DNA of 64,000 bases from a virus. Positions 35,707 through 43,556 of the stretch are shown here, piece after piece. Both the position numbers and the translations under genes were made by a program. Positions within the stretch are counted from its first letter, which is position 1. Each line of letters begins with the position of its first letter. Under the pieces are notes generated by a model that was not told where the DNA came from, ran no database searches, and saw only the letters and a program-made list of their open reading frames with translations. The stretch lies in the IMG/VR virus record IMGVR_UViG_3300045988_138000. The stretch is one strand, 5' to 3'.

Positions 35707-36511
35707 AATAACCCTTCCAAAAGTAAGAGTGATGGCTATACTGGCTTAATGCCTTCTCCTTGGCAAACTCGCGGATCTCGTAGTCGTAGCCTTCCATCTC
35801 CTTCATAATCGCCTCCGCTTTTCGTGCCAGGCGCAGATAGGCTGCATACTTCTTCTTGGATGCCTTCAGATTATCAATAACCGCCAAACGCTCTTTTTTA
35901 TACTGTTCTATAACAGCAACCGCCTTTTCGGCCTCCAGACGGTCGCCAGTGTTCCACTGCCATTCGTTCGGATTCACTTCTTTCTTCTTACCGGTGTAAC
36001 GGTTGATGCCGTGGCTCCAGTCTGCGGATATTGAAACGTTTGGGCGATATTCCACAATACGGTAATAATCCCAGCAATTCAGCTCGAAGCGGTTTTCACC
36101 AAACGAACTATAAAAGCCCGTCGCCTCCTTCACGGCATCGTGGAAGCGTTTATTCAGGACCTTTTCATCAAACTTTCGGCATACCTGAATAAGTCCGTCC
36201 AGGGCCTTGATTTCAAGTTTTCTGCGCTCTATCAATGCGTCCGCGTGCTTGCAATACTCCTTCACCTCGTTGACCTTTTTGTCGGCTTCATGTTTTTTTG
36301 CAGCCGCCATAAAGTCCGCCTCCGTACCGATACTGTAGGACTTCTCTTTCCATCCATTCTCGCGACTAAACTGGTGATATAAATCTATATACCTCTGCGC
36401 ATCATCCTTTGTGGCAAAGTGGCACACGCCGTCCAATGTTTCAGACTTCCACAACCACACATCGCCATCGTTGCAAATAAGATTTTTTGCTTCAACAAAT
36501 ATCTGGAACAT
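35705..36511 (-). CDS. hypothetical protein
   Basis: 268-aa ORF. Confidence 0.75.
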   Translation of the reverse strand: MFQIFVEAKNLICNDGDVWLWKSETLDGVCHFATKDDAQRYIDLYHQFSRENGWKEKSYSIGTEADFMAAAKKHEADKKVNEVKEYCKHADALIERRKLEIKALDGLIQVCRKFDEKVLNKRFHDAVKEATGFYSSFGENRFELNCWDYYRIVEYRPNVSISADWSHGINRYTGKKKEVNPNEWQWNTGDRLEAEKAVAVIEQYKKERLAVIDNLKASKKKYAAYLRLARKAEAIMKEMEGYDYEIREFAKEKALSQYSHHSYFWKGY

Positions 36512-36530
36512 AATATTCTCAATTTTTTAT

Positions 36531-36585
36531 GTATTCTATAATAGGGCTGCCCTGCTGCCAGGTGCAGCCCGTGAATGATGATTAG
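36531..36585. repeat. intergenic cassette, copy 2 (CTATAATA + hairpin)
   Basis: ttctataatagggctgccctgctgccaggtgcagcccgtgaatgatgatt. Near-identical to 35651-35706. Confidence 0.8.
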
Positions 36586-36974
36586 TAAGACAAAACGGCT
36601 ATACGGTAATACTCCGTTTCTCCATCCTCCGGAATGTTGGCAATACACAGATCGCCTGTAGGTGCCTCGTAAATATACGAGCTGCCTATAATATCATGCA
36701 CCGTAAACTCGCCTCGCTGCTGGCTGTGTTCGCCGCTGTTGGCTATACATGTGATGCCGTTGTGATAGCCTCCAGCCGGTGCAGGAAAATCCCCGGCTAC
36801 CATCCTGTCCTGAAGGAAGCGAGACGAGCGGCGGCCCGCCTCCTTGCTGTGCTGTCTGAGTACCTGAGCCATGAGGCGCTTTGCCTCGGTCCATCGTGCC
36901 TCGTTAAACATATCCCGACGCTGTGGGAAATACTTCTGGTCGTTGCTAACGTTATATAATACTATCTGTGCCAT
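36582..36974 (-). CDS. hypothetical protein
   Basis: 130-aa ORF. Confidence 0.65.
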   Translation of the reverse strand: MAQIVLYNVSNDQKYFPQRRDMFNEARWTEAKRLMAQVLRQHSKEAGRRSSRFLQDRMVAGDFPAPAGGYHNGITCIANSGEHSQQRGEFTVHDIIGSSYIYEAPTGDLCIANIPEDGETEYYRIAVLSY

Positions 36975-37029
36975 AATCTTAAAATATTAAAAGTCTGTGA
37001 TATTTTTATCTGCCTATAATAAGGCGTTA

Positions 37030-37287
37030 TTAATACTCGATGCAGAGCAATATTGCCACTACAGCTGCAATGATGTTGTAGCCGACAAACTGCCAGCCGG
37101 TGCACTTTATGGGGTCGCCATCCTGGCCATAAAAGCTGTGCTTGGTTTGGAGCCACTGGCAGACAGTTTTCAGGGCCGCCAGGGCATTCTTAGCCATGCG
37201 AGTGGCGAGTAACACGATAACGGCAAATAAGGCCGTCAGAAGGGCACGTGTGCCCGTTGTGCGTGATATTGTGATATTCTGTGCCAT
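37030..37287 (-). CDS. small membrane protein (two TM helices)
   Basis: ALLTALFAVIVLLA and FVGYNIIAAVVAILLCI. Confidence 0.6.
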   Translation of the reverse strand: MAQNITISRTTGTRALLTALFAVIVLLATRMAKNALAALKTVCQWLQTKHSFYGQDGDPIKCTGWQFVGYNIIAAVVAILLCIEY

Positions 37288-37299
37288 GATGATATTGTT

Positions 37300-37974
37300 T
37301 TATGCGATTTTCTTCTTCTGTTCTTCCACTTCCTGCCAAAGGCGCTTGTCCGTTCTGCCATAGCCGGCCTCGCCATTGGAGCATAGATAGGCGCGATACA
37401 TTTCCTCGTCGCAATACATTGAGAAAGCCAGCTCAGCCTCGTTTTTCAGCTCGTCTATAATAGCCTCGATCTTGCGAATAATGTGCGCGGCGTGAATCTT
37501 ACTGAGCCCCTTATTGTCGTACCAGTTGTCGCGGATCACGTCGTCGGCCTCCAGCTCGTCGTGCTCATACTCAAACGTCTCTATATAGCCGTCTATCATG
37601 CCGATAACCTTCACTTTCGCGAACCAGTCAAAATTAGCTGCCTCGTAATAGCCGGACGTGCAACCGGCCTGTATAGTAATATCTATTGACGTACTGCCAA
37701 ACCAGAAAGTTTTAGTCTTTTCTGAAAATAGAGTTGTAGGGTAATAGCGATCCCCGTCGCATTCCTCTATATCGTTCCAGCCCTTTGCCTTCAACTCACA
37801 AGCCACATTCTCTTTGTCGGCTTCATAATAAGCCTCCGTGTCCAGTTCATCATACTCGCCTAAAAGGTCCTGGTCGAGTTCGCGCTCGTCAATTTCCTCC
37901 TGTGTGTAAAAAACAGGCATACCGAAAACGAAATAACGTGAGGCGTTTTTTAATGCAAAATTAGGTGTACTCAT
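37300..37974 (-). CDS. acidic hypothetical protein
   Basis: 224-aa Asp/Glu-rich ORF. Confidence 0.7.
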   Translation of the reverse strand: MSTPNFALKNASRYFVFGMPVFYTQEEIDERELDQDLLGEYDELDTEAYYEADKENVACELKAKGWNDIEECDGDRYYPTTLFSEKTKTFWFGSTSIDITIQAGCTSGYYEAANFDWFAKVKVIGMIDGYIETFEYEHDELEADDVIRDNWYDNKGLSKIHAAHIIRKIEAIIDELKNEAELAFSMYCDEEMYRAYLCSNGEAGYGRTDKRLWQEVEEQKKKIA

Positions 37975-38048
37975 AATCTAAAGTATTTTTTATGTTAGTG
38001 ATTTTATATGTAGTCTATAATAGGGAGGCCGGAGTCTCCCTGGTATGG

Positions 38049-38324
38049 TTAGGCGCAGCGCATGAAATCGTCCAGATAATAACGCGTTCCGTATATGGTA
38101 AAATACGGACGGCATTCAGCTTCAGGATCACGCGGGCAAGTGTATTTGATGCGCTGCCATCGTTGTGCCGTGTGCTCGTTTCTGCTGGTGCAGTCGCGCC
38201 ACAATACCCCTTCTCCTCCATCGTCTATAACGATGCAATAACCGCCATAATTGTTAGTCTGAAGAAAAGCGCAGCCGAACTTTAAAAGCTCGTCGAACTC
38301 CTGTTTTTTAGTGATACGTGCCAT
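38049..38324 (-). CDS. hypothetical protein
   Basis: 91-aa ORF. A TAATTTTG -7 box (38390-38397, minus strand) lies upstream. Confidence 0.6.
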   Translation of the reverse strand: MARITKKQEFDELLKFGCAFLQTNNYGGYCIVIDDGGEGVLWRDCTSRNEHTAQRWQRIKYTCPRDPEAECRPYFTIYGTRYYLDDFMRCA

Positions 38325-38628
38325 AATCTATAAGCCGAATTGCTGTTGCCGCCAGATCTAAATTGTTATTTGTTTCTTATTTTCGTTTGCAAAATTACTA
38401 TATACATTTGAAATAGCCAAATATTTAAATTAAAAAGTTATCAAATACATTTATTTTTAACGTTTATACACAATTATATGTATTTGTAATAGGTATTATT
38501 TACATTTGTTTACAATTCCCTGATCTCTGTGATATGCTATAAAGTCTATAACGAGCTGCCAGGAGTGGGGGCACCGCTGCAAAATCTCTAAAATCTGTGA
38601 TATACTATAATATGTATAACGTAACAAA

Positions 38629-39064
38629 GTGGGCACCATTGAGGCGCACCAGGAACGGCGCAACGGTGCAACGGGCAACACTCCACACCTGGCAGCATCG
38701 AGGCACCAGGACGGCGCAAAATGGTGCAACGGACAACACTCCACGCCTGGCAGCATCGAGGCACACCAGGAAGGCGCAAATGGCACGGCGGCAATACTCC
38801 ACACCTGGCAGCATTGAGGCGCCAGGAACGGCGCAAAAGGGCACGGCGGCAATACGTCCACACCTGGCAGCATCGAGGCGCACCAGGAACGGCGCAAAGG
38901 GTGCACGGGTAACACTCCACACCTGGCAGCATTGAGGCGCACCAGGAAGGCGCAAATGGCACGGCGGCAATACTCCACACCTGGCAGCATTGAGGCGCAC
39001 CAGGAAGGCGCAAATGGCACGGCGGCAATACTCCACACCTGGCAGCATTGAGGCGCACCAGGAA
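38629..39064. repeat. GC-rich tandem array 1: about 7.4 copies of a 58/59-bp unit, non-coding
   Basis: The anchor CCTGGCAGCAT recurs at 38688, 38746, 38804, 38863, 38922, 38980 and 39038. The last two units are identical. Confidence 0.9.
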
Positions 39065-39065
39065 C

Positions 39066-39099
39066 GAAAAAAAACGGGCTGCAAACAATTTGCAGCCCG
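39066..39099 (-). terminator. rho-independent terminator after 39107..39457
   Basis: cgggctgcaa-acaat-ttgcagcccg (10-bp stem) followed by a T8 run on the minus strand. Confidence 0.75.
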
Positions 39100-39106
39100 C
39101 GAACGG

Positions 39107-39457
39107 TTAAAACATCCGATATAATTCATTATACATATTATATGTATTATCTTGATTCAAGAACTCAAGGAAGGCCGCGGCGCGTTTTTTAGTTAAAACT
39201 TTGTAGTTATGCAAAGTTAAAAACGCTTTCTTTGCGGCCGCCTTAATCTTCTCGAGTACGTCAATAATAACGTTTTTTATTGCGCTTTGGTACAGGTAAC
39301 TTTCCCACGTTCTGTTATAATAACGTATCTTTGTGCGGGCAACTTTGAACGTGTTATTTTTATATAATGTAACTTCGTGTCCCCAACTGGTGCGAGTTCT
39401 CCAGGACTCGCACACAAATGTAAATTTTACGCCGTTTATTTCTTTGTTATAAATCAT
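39107..39457 (-). CDS. hypothetical protein
   Basis: 116-aa ORF. Confidence 0.65.
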   Translation of the reverse strand: MIYNKEINGVKFTFVCESWRTRTSWGHEVTLYKNNTFKVARTKIRYYNRTWESYLYQSAIKNVIIDVLEKIKAAAKKAFLTLHNYKVLTKKRAAAFLEFLNQDNTYNMYNELYRMF

Positions 39458-39492
39458 AATATTAAGTATTTTTGTTATTGTTAGATATTTAT

Positions 39493-39825
39493 TTATTTTT
39501 CGCAGAAGGTACGAGCCCAGAAGCTGCAGACCTCGAAAGACGAGCGGCGACCATTGCAGAAAGCGGGAAAAAGACGCTCAACCACTGCCAAGGCATTTGT
39601 TTCGATATTCATTGCCACCTCAAACGCAGGACCAAGCAAGAAAAAGAAGGAGAGAACGACACGCGCGGCGATACCGGTAATACAAAATACACTAATTAAT
39701 GAAACAAGGAGATAGACACAACCTAACAGAGCGGAAACAGTTAGGACGATCACAACGAGGAGAGAGAGAAGGAAGGCGGCACGCTTGGCGGCCTTTACTG
39801 AATTATTTACAAAATTTGTCTTCAT
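39493..39825 (-). CDS. membrane protein
   Basis: 110 aa with several hydrophobic helices (AAFLLSLLVVIVLTVSALLGCVYLLVSLISVFCI..). Confidence 0.6.
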   Translation of the reverse strand: MKTNFVNNSVKAAKRAAFLLSLLVVIVLTVSALLGCVYLLVSLISVFCITGIAARVVLSFFFLLGPAFEVAMNIETNALAVVERLFPAFCNGRRSSFEVCSFWARTFCEK

Positions 39826-39857
39826 AATCTATATATTTTTTTAAGTTGTTAGATGAA

Positions 39858-39876
39858 GGACCGGCGGCGCCGGTCC
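39858..39876. repeat. GC hairpin ggaccggc-ggc-gccggtcc (copy 1; part of a ~45-bp intergenic repeat)
   Basis: The same 8-bp stem recurs at 40298-40316 with the complementary loop. Confidence 0.7.
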
Positions 39877-39886
39877 CTGGTTATTT

Positions 39887-40264
39887 CTATTTTTGCAAAC
39901 TTGCTATAAAAGCATCTACAGAATCGAAATCATTTTTATTTGAATGATCGTGCAAAAAATTCACTCTAAACTTTTCATAACTCGTTATACAATCTTTTCT
40001 AACTTTGCCGTTTAAAAAGACACGTTCACCACACGCACCACCACGGGGCGAAACGTTCATAGAGCCACACGCAACCTTTAAACGATACAAAACGTTTATA
40101 ACGTCGAATGTTTCAACGTGTTTTGTGTTTTTGTCGCTGTATCCCGTTGTAGCTATACCAAAAACAGCAAGACGACAAATTGCTTTATAAACGCGTGAAT
40201 TTTTACGGATTCCATAATTAAATGGATTCTTTATAAAGCTATGTAATTTATCTATTTGTCTCAT
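39887..40264 (-). CDS. hypothetical protein
   Basis: 125-aa ORF. Confidence 0.6.
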   Translation of the reverse strand: MRQIDKLHSFIKNPFNYGIRKNSRVYKAICRLAVFGIATTGYSDKNTKHVETFDVINVLYRLKVACGSMNVSPRGGACGERVFLNGKVRKDCITSYEKFRVNFLHDHSNKNDFDSVDAFIASLQK

Positions 40265-40297
40265 AATTATAATTATTAAAAAATTGTTTGATGTAAG

Positions 40298-40316
40298 GAC
40301 CGGCGCCGCCGGTCCT
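40298..40316. repeat. GC hairpin ggaccggc-gcc-gccggtcc (copy 2)
   Basis: See 39858-39876. Confidence 0.7.
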
Positions 40317-40325
40317 GGTTCTTGT

Positions 40326-40700
40326 TTAAAGTTTTATTTCTTTCATGTTCGCCAGATCAAAAATAGCTATCTGGTTGTTATAACGTCCAAGATCTTTTGC
40401 GGTTTGCAAATCGTCTACGATTACGGTTGCGTCAAAATAAAATTGATTATTGTCTCCATTATACCAGCCGCCAAAGGCGTTTATTTCTGGATGCTCAGAA
40501 ACGTATTTTACGACGTTTGCCAGACCATCCAGGCCAAAAGAGTCTTGCGTATCTGCAACGGCTACAGCGTAACCGCTTGTCACCGGCTGCAAGTTGGCAG
40601 CGTCCACGGTAAAGCCTTCTTTGTTAGCCATTGCGATCGCTGCAAGTGCGATCAATACTTTAGTTTGTTGTTTATTCATTGTTTTAATGCGGAATTTCAT
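40326..40700 (-). CDS. hypothetical protein, possibly secreted
   Basis: 124-aa ORF (alternative start MNKQQTK at 40679) with the N-terminal hydrophobic stretch VLIALAAIAMA. A TACTTTTG -7 box lies at 40747-40754 on the minus strand. Confidence 0.6.
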   Translation of the reverse strand: MKFRIKTMNKQQTKVLIALAAIAMANKEGFTVDAANLQPVTSGYAVAVADTQDSFGLDGLANVVKYVSEHPEINAFGGWYNGDNNQFYFDATVIVDDLQTAKDLGRYNNQIAIFDLANMKEIKL

Positions 40701-40896
40701 ACTGTTGCCCCCAGCTTTATATTATTTGTTTCTTGTTTTACAGTTGCAAAAGTACTACATATAATTGTAATAGCCAAATTTTTCGATTAAAAAGTTATCA
40801 AATGTATTTATTTTTAACCTCCTTAAACAAATATATATGATTTGTTTACACTTATTTGCAAATAGATATAATTGCATACCTTATTATATATAGGGT

Positions 40897-41350
40897 CGTT
40901 GCGGTTCTGGTGGCTGGTGGCTCCCTGGTGGCCGCCTCCCTGGTTCCAGTGGTGGAGGTGCCTCCCTGGTGGCTGGTGCCTCCCTGGTGGCTGCCTTCCT
41001 GGTGGTGCTGGTGGCCGCCTCCCTGGTTCCAGTGGTGGAGGTGCCTCCCTTGGTGGCTGGTGGCTCCCTGGTGGCCGCCTTCCTGGTGGTGTTGGTGGTG
41101 CCTCCCTGGTTCCAGTGGTGGAGGTGCCTCCCTGGTGGCTGCCTTCCTGGTGGTGCTGGTGGTGCCTCCCTGGTTCCAGTGGTGGAGGTGCCTCCCTTGG
41201 TGGCTGGTGTCCTCGTGGCTGGTGGCTGCCTTCCTGGTGGTGTTGGTGGTGCCTCCCTGGTTCCAGTGGTGGAGGTGCCTCCCTTGGTGGCTGGTGTCCT
41301 CGTGGCTGGTGGCTGCCTTCCTGGTGGTGCTGGTGGTGCCTCCCTGGTTC
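40897..41350. repeat. GC-rich tandem array 2: composite 64-87-bp units, non-coding, CCTGG-dense
   Basis: The anchor TGGTTCCAGTGGTGGAGGTGCCTCCC recurs at 40941, 41024, 41107, 41171 and 41258, with a truncated copy at 41345 (spacing 83, 83, 64, 87, 87). Confidence 0.9.
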
Positions 41351-41724
41351 CTCGCCCGCATATTCACAGCCGGACACGCGGGCGGGGGCACGCAAGGCTC
41401 CTCAGTGCGGCGGCGCTCTCGCTTGTGAATCGAAGTTGCAAGGAAAGTTTGCTGGATGCGATTGCTCTAATTATCAATTATTTAGGTTTTCCTTTCGGGA
41501 TGGCTTTTACAGGTTGGCTTTTCTGTTAAGCCTTTGATTATTAACTATTTATAGGGGCGAAAGAATAATTCAGATACAACAAAACAGATTATATACCTCT
41601 CTTTTTTTACAAAAAAATACAAAAGAAAACGCTGCAAACAGATAAAACTATACTCTTTTGAACAGAAATAAACGTATATAATAATTATTTTTCAGAAAAA
41701 CTTGCAAAATACAAATATATGTAT

Positions 41725-41732
41725 TAACTTTG
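41725..41732 (+). promoter_or_regulatory. -7 box TAACTTTG (plus strand) upstream of 41758..42051
   Basis: Lies 26 nt upstream of the ATG. Confidence 0.5.
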
Positions 41733-41757
41733 CAGCCAAAACAATACAAATATAAAC

Positions 41758-42051
41758 ATGAGAACGAAAATTGACATTCGTCGCGCCATAAAAGAGCGCG
41801 GTTACACCATTACGTCTTTCTGTCAGAAGTTCGACCTAAAGACGCAGAACATCATTCAGAATTACATCAAAGGAAACCCTACAATAAAACGTTTGGAGGA
41901 CCTTTGCGAGAAACTGGATTGCGACATCACTGATTTGTTCTATCCAATAGGCGATTCGAGCGATGCACAGCCTACTATCAACACCACCGCCTTCTGTCCT
42001 CATTGTGGTGCAAAGGTTCGTGTCGGTGTGATGCTCCTGCCCGAAGAATAA
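41758..42051 (+). CDS. HTH (XRE-like) regulator with C-terminal CxxC element
   Basis: IKERGYTITSFCQKFDLKTQNIIQNYIKGNPTIKRLEDLCEKLDCDITDLF, followed by FCPHCGAKV. Confidence 0.7.
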   Translation: MRTKIDIRRAIKERGYTITSFCQKFDLKTQNIIQNYIKGNPTIKRLEDLCEKLDCDITDLFYPIGDSSDAQPTINTTAFCPHCGAKVRVGVMLLPEE

Positions 42052-42117
42052 AAAATCCCACGGCAAGCCGTGTGCCTACCGTGGGAAATGTTAAGGCCTT
42101 TGTGTGCAAGCCAGCCT

Positions 42118-42555
42118 TTAAGACTCCAGCTCGCCGCCAGGCTTCTGACCGCCGCCTTCAGTTGTGGAGCCGCCTGGCTTCACGCCACCCGTGAGGTCGT
42201 TGCCGGCAAGGATGACCTTGAGGTCGTCGGTGACGAGGGAGCGCATGAAGCTGTAGGGGTTGCCGATCTTGTGCTGCGCCTTGTAGGCCTTCATCACGGC
42301 GAGGTAAGCCTCCGTGCCCTTCGCCGACGTTGCCGACGGGCGGTTCTGCTTCCACCAAGAGGAGGCAAATTACGATTTCTTCGTAAACGAAGATTTCACC
42401 GTCTGCTGTTTCTCACTGTTCGGCTGCACGCATCCGTGATAGCCAGCCGAATACATCTTACCCGTGCGCTTGTTGACACCAATGTAAGTGGTGTCCTTCT
42501 TGCACAGTTTGCCACTGATTGAACTAATCAAATGGCTGGGTGTAATTTTTGCCAT
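42118..42555 (-). pseudogene. gene interrupted by an in-frame TAA (61 + 83 codons)
   Basis: The listed ORF 42370..42555 stops at TAA. The same frame then continues FASSWWKQNRPSATSAKGTEAYLAVMKAYKAQHKIGNPYSFMRSLVTDDLKVILAGNDLTGGVKPGGSTTEGGGQKPGGELES. This tail resembles the C-terminus of 62707..63261. Confidence 0.45.
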
Positions 42556-42614
42556 AGTTGCAATAGAATTACGTGAAACATTGCCCCTAAAAGGGGGCGT
42601 TAATTAACTCAGAG

Positions 42615-42650
42615 CAAGTACTACGAAAGTACTATGAAAGTACTACGACG
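42615..42650. repeat. 3 x 11-bp AGTACTAYGAA repeats upstream of 42118..42555
   Basis: agtactacgaa agtactatgaa agtactacgac. Shares the GAAAGTAC core with the par-proximal repeats. Confidence 0.6.
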
Positions 42651-42733
42651 TTGCTCATAGTGTAAAGGTACAAAAAACGTGCGTGAAACATCGGACATAA
42701 AAAATAATTACTAACTAAAATAACAGATTTATT

Positions 42734-43318
42734 ATGAAGAAAATTTTCAGTTTTTTGCTCATGTTAGCCATGATGCTTGCCATGGGCGAGAGTGTAGCGA
42801 GTTGTAGCAGTAGCAGTGACGATGAAGGTGGGGAGAATAAACCTCCAAAAGAAGAGTATGTCGCAAAAGAAAGCAAATTTTGCGATGCCTTGAGAAAATT
42901 CAAGGTATCAGGGTTTGACTACTATCAATACCAATATGTCAGTAAATTCTCGCTGCATAGCGAGGCTCGCAGTGGAAGAGATGCCACCGACAGATGGGAG
43001 ATTGGAATGTATATAGCAAACGACCCAGGTTTGGATAAGTGGGACGGCACATACCAGTTAGACCAACTTTGGGGTACGCTCTACGGCTTTGAAAATGGGT
43101 ACGAGGTGACAAAAGCATATTTAGGTACAGCAGATACTCTCCCAGTGAAAGGAGCATGGATAAAATTCACCTACTTGCACAAAAACGACAAATACGGCAA
43201 TAAAATATACACCATAGAGTTGCATATCGACGAAATGAAGGAGAAAAACGGAGACTACGCACGCGACATCAACATCACATACACGGGTTCGATTAGCGGC
43301 GGCATGATAGAATATTAA
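42734..43318 (+). CDS. lipoprotein
   Basis: Signal sequence and lipobox MKKIFSFLLMLAMMLAMGESVASC. Plus strand. Confidence 0.75.
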   Translation: MKKIFSFLLMLAMMLAMGESVASCSSSSDDEGGENKPPKEEYVAKESKFCDALRKFKVSGFDYYQYQYVSKFSLHSEARSGRDATDRWEIGMYIANDPGLDKWDGTYQLDQLWGTLYGFENGYEVTKAYLGTADTLPVKGAWIKFTYLHKNDKYGNKIYTIELHIDEMKEKNGDYARDINITYTGSISGGMIEY

Positions 43319-43359
43319 AGATATATGGTAGAAAGTTTGCACATTTCGCAAACTTTGCT

Positions 43360-43367
43360 TACCTTTG
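43360..43367 (+). promoter_or_regulatory. -7 box TACCTTTG with TTTG 20 nt upstream (plus strand)
   Basis: Lies downstream of the lipoprotein stop and ~65 nt before the hairpin at 43430-43459. Confidence 0.35.
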
Positions 43368-43429
43368 CAGTGCTATAATGTGACTCGAAGTTTCAAATAG
43401 AGAGTCATAATCTAAAATTAAAAGTATGG

Positions 43430-43466
43430 ATCCCTGCCATTCGTGAGAATAGCAGGGATTGTTTTA
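43430..43466 (+). terminator. hairpin + T-rich tail (member of the conserved-loop hairpin family, inverted orientation)
   Basis: atccctgc / cattcgtgagaata / gcagggat, followed by tgtttta. Confidence 0.6.
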
Positions 43467-43556
43467 TATGTTTTTTCTTGAAACGACCAAATTTTTTCGT
43501 TTCCAATTATTTCCTAAGAAATAAAAGGAAATAAATGGAAACGAGTTCTGCCGCAA

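Noticed and set aside
38496-39129. Six overlapping 60-180-aa ORFs on both strands across tandem array 1
   Set aside because: The unit length is 58/59 nt, so any frame drifts between units. All frames are open only because of base composition. The translations are low-complexity, with no credible start context.
38629-41350. CRISPR arrays
   Set aside because: The repeats are directly abutting with no unique spacers. The units are 58-87 bp, and no cas genes are present.
40823-41537. Five overlapping 179-221-aa ORFs (Pro/His-rich or Trp/Leu/Val-rich) across tandem array 2
   Set aside because: The unit lengths (83, 83, 64, 87, 87) are inconsistent with a maintained frame. The plus strand is nearly A-free, so stop codons are absent in all frames. 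Several of the ORFs start at non-ATG codons.
33485-42372. Stop-codon reassignment (TAA read as sense), suggested by two in-frame TAA codons (33485, 42370)
   Set aside because: TAA, TAG and TGA all terminate well-supported genes here. The large late genes (881, 771, 937, 598 and 1226 aa) are uninterrupted under the standard code. Two cases are compatible with chance or nonsense mutation.
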